A stretch of 64,000 bases of DNA from the NCBI RefSeq assembly GCF_009914755.1, contig NC_060933.1. One strand, given 5' to 3'. This stretch comes from the human T2T-CHM13v2.0 reference genome, Homo sapiens. The notes beneath the pieces were generated by a model that saw only the letters and a program-made list of their open reading frames with translations, was not told the DNA's origin and did no database searches. The position numbers were made by a program, and so were the translations under genes. Below, one piece after another: positions 52,358 through 64,000 of this stretch (position 1 is the stretch's first letter; every line of letters starts with the position of its first letter).

Positions 52358-55337
52358 GAAAATACACAAATTTTCTAAAGGGAGAAGCAAAAAAAGAGCA
52401 GTACCAGACTGAAGCTGGATTACAAAGATAGGAAGGCTCTAGGTTTTGTCCTTAGCACCTTTTCTCTGCATCCATTTGGCCACTGGCAGATGCTTGGCCT
52501 GGAAACCCGAAGAGTCTCTTTGAACGTCTAGAATGTTGCCAGAAGCCCCCATCCCAGGGCCTAACCCACTTGGCCCCAGGTTCTGCAGAGTTGAGTAGGA
52601 ATAACATTGAACTACATTCCCAGGAAAATCCAACTCATGTATTCATGATAAGTGTCAAATAAACTCACTAGGTTCTCGTGTGTCTAGCCTCAACTGGGTT
52701 TGTTCAGGCAGTCATACACACTTCCCATGGGTCTACCTGGAGCAACTTCAGAGTTGGAATGAATGATTTAAAAGGTAGGGCATGGTAGAAAGTAACATCT
52801 CTCCCCAAGTTTCTAAAGTTCTTCACTGTCCTCCTATACTAAATTTGGGGAAAACTTATCTTAAGCTTTGACTTGGGGACTATGTTTCACTTTTAGACTC
52901 CTATACTGGTGATGCTGTGTATTTTGGTAACTCCATTTAATTCAGCATCCACTGTGGTCCTACTCCATTCAGAGCTCAGAGCTAGGCCCCCAGTAAGGCA
53001 TACTCAGTGAAATGCGCCTAGGCTTCAATCCTCAGGGAACTGCCTGCATTAAAGGGGATTCTTAGACCCAAAACTAGACATTCGGGTGCCAGCAAAAGGC
53101 AAGATGGATTCAGAAGCAGAGTAGAAATGGAACTTCATACTAGCTAGGGTATCCAGGAAAGCTTCCTGTAAGAAGTGGCTGCAATGTGGGCTTGAGGACA
53201 TTCAAATGTTGTCATTTAGTGGGTACCGAAATCTGTCCCATCACCTGCCAGCCCAGGCTGCATTGTTGAGTCAAAGTGTACTGCCTCTGTCCCCAGGGAA
53301 GGGAGTCCTCACTTTCTTTCAAGAAAGAGGCCAGTAAGCAGGACGCACACGGTGCTGACATGGAATGGGCCACAAAGACACGACTGTCCTTGCTTTCAAC
53401 TCCCCAACAAGGCAGCTGAGAATGTAGGATACTGGCCGATAAACCCAAGGCTCCTGACAGCTCTGAACCACGTCATGGTTTTTGTAAATAATTGTAGAAA
53501 GGGGAGCGCTGATTTTCTGCACAGGCATTGAGGGCAGGAGTGGCTGCCACTCCATGTTGGTAACTGGGAGGTGGTGGAAAGCCCCTGGGTGTGCAGCCAG
53601 TCAGTCCTGGCCAAAGCCCAGCAGCCACTTAGCTGGGCAGCCTCGAAGAAGTCTCCTGAATCTCTGAGTCTGAGTTCCTAATTTGCAGTATGGTAATTAC
53701 AACACTCAGAGGACTAAATATTGATGCATTTCAAAGTCCTTTGTGAATTGAAAAGTATTATACAAATGTGAGGAGCTATTTGATACTTAGCTCAATCCTT
53801 GGCACACAGCACATGCTTTGTGTGTCTATTGCAAAAACAGATACATTGGGACTTTTTTTTGAGCAAAATTATATTTCAGGATGTTTTTCTCATATTTCAA
53901 CAAATGCCTAAAATTCTTGATTGTAAGGAAAGCCTCAAACTAGGAGTCCAAGTCCCTGATCTTCCGTCTCTACCCATCCCTTCCAGGTTCACTTAGCCTC
54001 AGTTTCCCCAAATGGACAATGGCAGGGTGGGAAACAGACAAGATTGGTTTCCAGTCTTTCTGCCACTAAGGAATAGTTTTCCTCCCCCCAGTTTCTGCCC
54101 AAATGACTCTTTGCTTGTTAAAATTATGAATCCAATCCCATACCTTTTAAAAATGTTCTATGAGGCTTTTTCTGTGTTTGGGCAAATAGATAATTTCCAC
54201 AAGACTGACTGGAAAGCTAAAACCAGCCCCCAGCCTCTATTACTGGCTCCCAGCCTCCAAAAATGGCCCAGCCCCCTCCAGCTTGGAGACCCTCAAACCT
54301 CCTGGCACATTCCCAAGGCCTTCAGGAACTCCTTCGCTCAGCCCAAAGCTGACTTACTTTCCTGCGGCCCAGACCTTGGCCTGTCCCTCAGAGCAGCCAG
54401 GGGTCCTCCTTGGAAGAAATCACCTCCCCTGGCTCTGCTGGGCTCAGCGCTGAGGCCTGAATGTCCCGCCGCTGACTAATGAGACGGAGGGTGAAGGTGT
54501 CATACCTTGCTGGGAAGTCGCAGTGCTAGTCCCGACCTGCGCTGCCTGCCATCAAATTTTAATGCTTCTGCTGACATATTTATGGAATGCCTCACCAAGT
54601 GTCTGCGAGGAGACCAGACAAGATTTACCTCCACAATTACTACCAGGACGCTCGGGGTTCACTGTGTGCTGAGAACTCAGCAGCACAGAGGCCCCGATTT
54701 CCCCTGCACCCCGAGGAGCGCGCTCAATTCTGCACACCCTTCCTGCCCCCGGCAAGCCAGGCCTGGGGCTGGAAGAGGCGGAGATGAATCAGACACGGTC
54801 CCTGCCCACGGAGAGCCCACAGTCTGCGGGAGGGGCAGGCGCGCACATAAATTACTTGCAACCCTGGGAGGCTGGGGCCAGTGTGTTTGTACAGGTATGA
54901 AAGCCGGGCCGGGCTGAAGTAGGGAAGGGAGAGTTATTTCTCCTAACAGAGTCAGGGTCAAGGAAGAAGCCAAAGACCCAGGCTGGACCACCCAGCTGCT
55001 TCGGCTCTCCTGGTCACTCCTCTGGCTGAAAAAGCTCCCAGGGCCTCTCCCTCCCTCCCCCTGCCAGCCTCAGGGTCTCAGTGGCCCCTCTCCTTCAGCG
55101 TCTGCACCCGACATTCATTCCTTTGGGGTTCTCTCTCCCAAGGCTGACTGAGAGTGGGATGTGCCCCCTCCTCCCTCCCCGGCTCCTCACCCTTCCTCAC
55201 TGTGTCCGCAAATTCCTGTAAGTTTTACTGCTCTCCTACAGCAAAGCTGCCCTGAGGGGAGGTGGAGGCGGGCAGGAATAATGCAGTGACCCAGGCCAGT
55301 GGCTGTCAAGCCTTGCTGCACATTAAGAATCATCTGG

Positions 55338-55933
<596 letters not shown>

Positions 55934-56762
55934 AATCATCTGGGAAGCTTTAAAAATCCAGATGACCAGGCCATATCTCATACTAGTTCACAGGGAGCTC
56001 GGAGTAAGCGGGGGGAGGCAGATGGTAATATTTGTCGAAACTTCCAAGGTGACGCCAATGTACAGCAAGTTTGAGAGACAGGGGGCAGGGACTCGGTACT
56101 CAGTGTGCAGCATGTTAGAGGACAAGCCTCCTGCACCCACCCTCAACTCTATGAAGCAGAATCTGCTCTCTGAGATGATCCCTGATGATTTGGGTGCAAT
56201 AAAGCTTGAGAAGCACTGATCCTTGTTAAAGAGTTTCGCTAGCGTCCTCAGAGGCATGCTGGTGTCCAGTTCCCACGGCCTCTGAAATGGGGCCCCTAAG
56301 GAGACTGGCTTCTAAGCAGGCAGCCACCATAAGCTAACCACTGAGAAGGGCTGGCTTCTATGGGAGACTCCAGGCAGGCCACAAGGCAGCCGCCACCATG
56401 ACTCAGTGAGCTTGACAGGGCCATTCCATGGAGGGAGCTGAATTAGGATGACCCTCACAGCTCCCAAGGCTGGACCAGAAGGCAGGAGCCCCATGCAGTC
56501 CTGTGCTGATGAAGACCCATTTTTTTCTAGGAGATTTACACTTTCATATGTATCCCCTGTGACCAGCCCACACACCTGGCTGAGAGATGGCTCTGCAGGG
56601 AGGGAGTCAGCAGGAGGGGAGGGGAGGGAAGAGGAGGGGAGGAAAGATATCTTGGGAGGCCAAGGAAAGATAAGTGAAGAAACCACCTAAGAGGGCAAAT
56701 GCAGGGCTCAGTGGGAGGGGCCCAGAGATGTCCTGAGGAGCCCTGGTGGCATCTGCCTTGAC

Positions 56763-56921
56763 ACCAGGTCCACTGCAGACAGTCGCAATTTCATCCATCC
56801 ATTCATCTATCAGATATTGAGTGAGGGCCTACTAGGTACCAGGCCCACTGCAGACAGTCGCAATTTCATCCATCCATTCATCTATCAGATACTGATTGAG
56901 GGCCTACTAGGTACCAGGCCC
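56763..56921. repeat. 75-bp tandem duplication (2.1 copies)
   Basis: ACCAGG recurs at 56763, 56838 and 56913; the two units differ at 3 positions. Confidence 0.95.
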
Positions 56922-57510
56922 TGAGGATATAGCCCTGAACAAAGCAGATAACAGTCCCTGCCCTCATGGAGCTTATATTCCAGTGGTACAAACAAAACAG
57001 TAAACCAGACAAGTAAAAACAAAGCGTCCGGCATGCTAGATAATGATGGGTGCTAAAGAGAAAACATGAAGCAGGAGACAGAATAAGAAATATTGGGAGG
57101 AGGTGGAATTTTAGATGGAGTGACCGGGGATGACTCCACTGAAAAGGTGACTTTTGAAGAAAGAATGAAGGTAGCAAGAGTTTGCCATATGAATATCTGT
57201 GGGAAGGGCCCTCTAAGCAGAAGGAACAGCAAGTGCAAAGGCCCTGGGGCAGGAGTGTGGGAGGTGTGTGGCTAGGACAGCCAGGAGGCCTATGTGGCTG
57301 GAGAGAAGCCAGGGTGGGGAGAGGGGAGAGAAGGCCAGGGAGGGAAGTGGGGAGTGGGAGATAGGTCAGGACTTTGGCCTCTACTCTGAGTGTGCACAGG
57401 AGGGACGTGTCCTGACTCCAATTTTCACAGGCTCACTGCAGCCGCGTTGTTGTGAATAGACTAAAGGGTCATGACTGGCAATGGGGAGACCAGGAAAGAG
57501 GCTGTTGCAA
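56865..57510 (-). mobile_element. L2 element (antisense)
   Basis: catccattc...ctactaggtaccaggc...gtccctgccctcatggagcttatattccagtgg...aggtgacttttga...gaacagcaagtgcaaaggccctg. Confidence 0.8.
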
Positions 57511-58743
57511 GGATTTACTGTAAGACTGACCTTCCCACTGAGTGGACACCTCTGGCCCTTTCTATCCTAATGCCACAAGACTGGGAAGGGCCAGGCCATG
57601 TGGCTATGCAAGCAGAGGGTCAGCTGGCCAAAGCCAAGGGCACTCACGGAGCGGGGCCAGGTGTGTGGAGGCAGCTGGTAGAGGGAAAGCATGCTGAATT
57701 CTAGTCCTGGCTCTGCATGATCTTGGGCCTCTCTACCTCTCGCTAAGCCTGTCACAAAAGCCATAAAAATGGGTCCCTACGGGGTTGTGGTGAGGATTCT
57801 AAGAGAAGATGGGTGTGGAAGCTCTGGGTAAACTGAGGAGGGGTGTGGGTGCGGAGTCCTGTCTGGCCACACACCAGGAATGCAGGAGGACGATGCATCC
57901 CGATTCTCCACAAGGGGGAGCCTGGTCAATTCTCCCGCCCGCAGCAATGAACTTCGCAGGCAGCAGTCCGGCCTTCCTATTTCAGAAGTCCCCAGCACCG
58001 CGTTCTGGGGTGGGAATAGATGCGCCCCTGAGAGGTCCTCATGCTGCTTCAGATCCTGTGGTTGGCAGATCATGTTCTCTCCAAAAGATGTTCCACACAG
58101 CCCAACAGCAGCGATTTGAGAGGCTGGCACGTGGATCCATCATGCTATGACCCCCAATAAACAAACCAAAAAGAAGATGGAAAGGAAAAGCAACATAGGA
58201 AAGAGAAGCCACCCCTGGCTGGGGGCGTTTGGTCTGAAGCAGGTAGGTGGGCGGCTTTGGGTTCAGCCCTGCCCAGGTTTGCGTGCCTGTTTCCCGTCTT
58301 GGCCCACAGGTTCTTTAAGGTGGCTCCTTACATGTTCACTGGGCATCTGCCCTGTGCCAGTCTGTATGCTGGGAGCAGGTGGTCCTCCAATGCGGCAGAA
58401 ACTCAGGCTCATGAGCTCCCACCTACTCTCAGGGTCTCTTTCGCCTCTCCATTTATCTGAAGGTTAAAAAGGCCCAATAAGATGCCCTTAAAACAGACCA
58501 AGGGGGCAGGCAGGGCAGGCACGCAGGGAAGGGCAGGTTGTTCATTGCACCAGAGTCACCGGCTGACTGGACAAGTGGGGACTGAGGTCCAGCCTGCTCT
58601 ACAGCCACCAAACCCTAAGTCCTGGCGTGGGGCTTCATCTGCTCAAGAGAAGGAAGGAACAAGGTGCTGAGAAACAGCCTGGGGACAGCCCAGGGGAAAC
58701 TTTAAGACAAACCCTATTGCATGATCTCTCCCTCCTGCGGTAG

Positions 58744-59055
<312 letters not shown>

Positions 59056-59413
59056 TGAGGGGCACAAATCATCTGTCAGGTGATGTCATCATGCCTTTCA
59101 CCAATGCAGAAGCCGAGGCCCAGCACAGTTCAGGAACATGCTCTAGGGCACATTGCCAGGCAGAGGCAGGCTCCAGCTCTCAGGCCCCTGTGTTTTCTCT
59201 TGTTAAAAGGGCTCTAGAACCAGTGAGCCTACTAGGCTCTATCTTGGTACTATCACTTGGGCAAGTTACTCTGTGCAAGCCGATGCCTCCACTTCCTACT
59301 CTGTGAAATGGGATAACATCAACAGCAGCCTAATGGGAGCATTGCAAAAAACACGCAGGTCGGGGAATGAAAGGCAATTAGTGCAGGACTGGCATATAGA
59401 AGTGCACAGTAGG

Positions 59414-59731
<318 letters not shown>

Positions 59732-59838
59732 CTACTGCTACAAAGCAAGCCCTTTTCCTCACAGGAGCCCTGGGAAAAAGACCATAAAAGTGCAGGCTGA
59801 GGTACAGAGACAGAAAGGTGACTTCCCTCTAAGGCTGG

Positions 59839-59893
59839 TAAACCTACAGGCAGGACTAAGGCCAAAGGTGCCAAGTCCTGGTCCATGCAGCTT
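59839..59893 (-). ncRNA. MIR4540: pre-miR-4540 hairpin, intronic and sense to PAX5 (mature at 59839-59859)
   Basis: Reverse complement AAGCUGCAUGGACCAGGACUUGGCACCUUUGGCCUUAGUCCUGCCUGUAGGUUUA has a CAGGACU/AGUCCUG stem and contains UUAGUCCUGCCUGUAGGUUUA, the miR-4540 sequence as I recall it. Confidence 0.85.
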
Positions 59894-60299
59894 CTCAGCC
59901 TCCCTAATTCTCCACTAGAGCCTGAGGAGTTCCAGGAGTGGACCTGGACAGAGACGGTCCAGGTATGGGGGAGGGCGAGGAGCAATGTGTTAAGTCAGGA
60001 CTGGAAGACAACGAGTGGGGAGCAGGGCAGGACTTGAACTTGATCCTTGTGGATGTGCAGGTGGGAAAAGGTTGTCCAGAGTCCTCATGGGGCCACTGTC
60101 AGAACCCACCAGCTGTGAGGGTCCCCGTGCCCCAGCCGGACCCTGAGTCAGGGGACCCCAACTCCACCCTCACCTGCCCCCATCGGCCCAGGCCAGCTAA
60201 GGCTGGTGGGCCTGAGCGTGGGCCAGCCTCCCCCCTCAGCCCACCGGCCTGCCTGCCTCCTCCGGCCTGGCCAGCATGGTGGCAGGCCCTGCCTGCTCC

Positions 60300-60680
60300 C
60301 CTGGGAGCCTGCCGCCAGGGCTGATGGCGCTGACGGAGGGAGGGAGGCCGCCAAGCTGTCAGTCTAGAGGTGCCCCTCGGAGCCCCTCCTGGCTGGAGTG
60401 AGGAGGGTGGGCCGGCGCCGGAGCCGGGCTGTCAGGGCCTTCACAGAGACGAGGCCGGAGAGGCGCTGCCTGACAGCTCGCCCACCGAATTAGGACCATT
60501 TGCATGCTAATTTCCAGCACTCTAACGGGCTGGCAGGCGGGCTGGGGTGTGGAGAGTGTGCAGAGAGAGGCACCGCGGCCTTCCCGCCCGCGAAGGAACA
60601 ATGCTTGACTGATCTAGCTGCGTTAACGAGCAAATTATGGTAATTTTGTTATTACAAATGCATAGAAATTTCCAAAGCAG
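60300..60680. promoter_or_regulatory. Candidate intronic enhancer (CpG-rich, octamer plus TALE motifs)
   Basis: ATTTGCAT at 60498-60505; CTGTCA at 60356 and 60429; TGACAG at 60471; repeat-free with retained CpGs. Confidence 0.5.
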
Positions 60681-63600
60681 GCAGCCATTCAGGGCAGCTC
60701 CCTGCTCCTCCCCACTCCTAAATACAGAGCCCCCTATTTGGAAACACAGGCCAGGCACCCACTTCAGAGACCAAGATTTCCAGGTGCTTCCCTCAGTTCT
60801 CCCAGGGAGGCCCAGGGTGAGCCCGGCCAGAGCATCCATCGAGTCAGCAACCCTCAGCTTCTGAGCTCCCCACACCTTGCCCTCTTGTCCCCCAGTAGTC
60901 TCTGCCTAGCCCCTGGGCCTAGCAATCCTGCAGAACCTCCACATGCAAGCTGGTTTCTTTCCATCTGAGCAGGTAGCATGGGCGATTCTCCTAGGTCTTG
61001 AGAAATTCATTCAGTCATTTCTGTGCCCATTCTTTGAACTAGGCCCAGCACCCAGGAGGGACTCAGGGATTGTCTGATGAATGAATAAGTGAGTCAAGGA
61101 AGAAGGGAGGAAGGGAAGAGAGGAGGGAAGGCAGCGGGAGAGGCTGGGGAGAGAGGGAGAGAAGGAAGAAATGGAGGAAGACCAGAACATATTCCGCAAA
61201 TGAAGATAATCAGGAGACCCCACACGGCCAGCTCACTGGTGGTATAATTAATCCAAGACTTCACTAGCGGAGTTTATTTGCCAACTAGTAACCCCTCCCA
61301 GTATTTATAATTGTCCACTGTCAAAATCACAATTTGCCCCAGTTTTTCTGGTAGTCTTCTTTTGATTAAAAGTATGTTTTTGGAAGCCTGCTCTGGTATG
61401 CATCCAGACAGGAGCTGTTTCCAAAAAAGTGAGCTCCCACCTCCTAGCAGTGAAGCGTGGGTCGCTCCAGAGCAGGGCTGGGCACAAAGGACGGCTCAGT
61501 GGTGCCACGCTGTGAAAAGCAAGTCTGCCCATCCTCGGGCAGGTGGGGTGGATCTGCATCCACTCCTGCCCCACCGGGAACCACTGGCAGTCCTCCTGTT
61601 TTATGACAGGGATTTCAGGTTGGGGCTGATGTTATTGAAAGGTCAGGAAGGTGCCTCAAATCCATTTTGGAAGTCAGTGGGGAATAAATCATCAATTATG
61701 GAGGAAACCAGCGGCTAGGAAGGTCTGCTCCTGGTGGCTGAAGAAGCGCGGGCGGGCCGGGCCTCACCAGGGAGCGTTCGAGGCAGAGGCCTAAATAGAA
61801 GCCAAGACTTCAGAACCTCAGTTGGGGTCGTGGTCAGATTTTTCTATCTGTCTGACTTTCTAACTGGGTCACAGCTTCCAGAGGGAAACTGAACCCAGGA
61901 ACAGAAAACAATCATTTCTTTGTGTCTGGCTACCTGACTCTGGGTAGGGGAGCTGTGCCCCGGCGTACCTGCAGGTCTCAGACCAACCTCGGCCAGACCT
62001 GGGGAGCCCACCGTTGCCTGGATCCACTGAGGCACAGAAGCCTGAGACTTAAGAGAAGATGTTTTTGTAGCTGGCCAGGTCCCAGGGCCTGGGAGAGGAT
62101 CTGCATTCAGGAAGAGCACAACAAAAGTTGGGGTGAAGGTGGGGGTCTCGATTTGTGTTGCTGTAGAAGCCAGGGCATCCAGGAACCGTCCTTTTTATAC
62201 CAGTTCTGCACAAGGACAGGAGACAAAATAGCTTCTTTTTTATTGCTTCGGTGAGGAACTGAGGGGGGTGGGGACAATAGGGCAGAAAGAGGGCCACCTG
62301 GCTCCCCCTCTGACTTGCCATATGACTTTGAACAAGTCCTTTCCTCATCCTCATCTGCACAGCCCTGGGTTGATTTCTAAGGTTGAGTCCAGCCCTGTCC
62401 ATCAGTGATGGACGGAAAAGCAGCTACAGAACACACAACGGCCTCTCCGTTGAACACACAACACGCTCCACACAGGCACAGCCCAATCTACACAGGGCTA
62501 ACAGCCTTCAAAGCTTCTCCTGCAGAGCAGATTTCTCCAAAGCCAAAGGCAAGGCCCTCGGCTAGGGCCTCTGTTGAATCAATGTCTTTGCCGCTGCCCC
62601 CAGTGGCCAGCTCTACAGCCTACAAAATGTCCTGGATGGGGTTGGGGGGGGGGCCTTGGTTGGTCTCCTGCTTCCCAAGGCTAGATTCCAATTTCTTTGC
62701 ATTTGTTTTTCCAAATGTGTCTGGCTCGTTCCTGGGGAGTTCTTCTCTACCCAGGAACCCCACACCCGCAGTGCCCATGGAAAAGCTATTCATTCACAAA
62801 GGTCCAGTGCAAAGTTGTAGGGGCTATGGGAAACTGCTTCAACCCAAGACTCTTCGGTATACACCTGGTGTCCCCGCTTAGACCTGCTCGTGCCACACCC
62901 TTCTTTTGCATCACACAATGAAAGCAATTTCTGGGCTGTAACACAGTGTTTCTAAGAGTCACACTCCAAATTGGCAAAATCCTTCCCTTGTCATCTAGAC
63001 TGAACCACTTGCTAGCAAACCATTTAAGCCTCAGTTTTCACCTCTGTAAAAGGGGCTACCGTGAGGCTCCACTGCAATTATACATGAAAGGGGCACATGA
63101 ATAGCAAAGCTCCGTCCAGGTGGGGGTTCGTCTTCTTAGCATCATTGTGAACAAGACCCCACGATGGCCACAGCGGTCAGAAACCCTGCCCTGGCAGGAC
63201 AATGCCCAAGGCATTTTTGGCCTGGGATTGCTCTTCAGGCGAAGGGTATGGTAACACAGTTGTCATTTCACATTTTTCCTTCCTCCCTCTTTTATCTCTC
63301 TTTCTCTTTTCCACTCCTTCTCTCTTCCTTTCTTTCTTTCTTTCAGCCCTGGATTTAAGTCTCCCTGTTTCGGGCCCTTTATTTGTGCCCGTTGCACATA
63401 GACTCCTTATAAAGAAAATTCATTTGTTCAGGGTCACCGCATGGTTTTTCATTAAAAACAAATTACCCGCATTCAGGGAGGACATCTGGGCTTCGCGGGT
63501 CCCATTAATGACTATATTTCCAGCCTCCCAGCCTGGTTGGGCTCCCCTTGCCTGTCACCCCGCGTTCCCGGCCCCGGGAGGACAATGAGAGTGACAGTCA

Positions 63601-64000
63601 AGTGAAAGGGAAAACATGAGGGATGAGGGCGAGAGGCAAGTCCCCCGAGAGGGGAAGGAGGGAAAAGTGAAAAAAATAAATAACTCAAACAGAGGGTAAC
63701 AAGGGCCATTGTCTCAGCGTCTTCCTGCTAGAAGCCAGAGCAAATATTGGAAGAAGGACTGGGGGCGTGCCAGTAGCACTCAAGCCCTGTTTAATTACAC
63801 AGTCCGACCCTAACTTGCCCTGGACTCTGGACCGGGCAAGATGGGGAGGGGCATGTGCTGTATTCAGATAAATCCCACCCACAGCTACTGAGCACCTACT
63901 GCAGGCAGCACCTACTGCAGGCAGGGCCAGGATCTGAGAGGAATTCCGGGCAGCCCTGACCTCAGACGCAGCCAGGAGACGGGCGCACGGGGTCTCTATG

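Noticed and set aside
53290-53299. EBF1-like TCCCCAGGGA motif
   Set aside because: Isolated short motif expected by chance in 64 kb of GC-rich sequence; no supporting cluster.

Overview
Primate (almost certainly human) genomic DNA: the 3' end of PAX5 (9p13) on the minus strand plus about 29 kb of downstream intergenic sequence. The window holds part of intron 8 (42501-64000), coding exon 9 (42414-42500), intron 9, and exon 10 (77 coding nt at 36131-36207, then a ~7.3 kb 3' UTR ending near 28840 with AATAAA at 28859-28864). Two minus-strand miRNA hairpins are recognisable: MIR4475 (19103-19163) and MIR4540 (59839-59893). The rest is Alu, L1, L2, MIR, MaLR-LTR and MER repeats, microsatellites, and several repeat-free, motif-dense blocks that look like enhancers. 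I found no evidence of a novel multi-gene system, and almost all listed ORFs are chance or low-complexity frames. The most notable unexplained structures are: two locally templated insertions, each copied from a donor ~1.7-1.8 kb away; two Alus inserted sequentially at one target site; an alternative reading frame open across PAX5 exons 9-10; a regulatory motif cluster in the distal 3' UTR; and candidate TALE/homeodomain/POU enhancers. Gene, miRNA and repeat names are recalled from memory, not from database searches.
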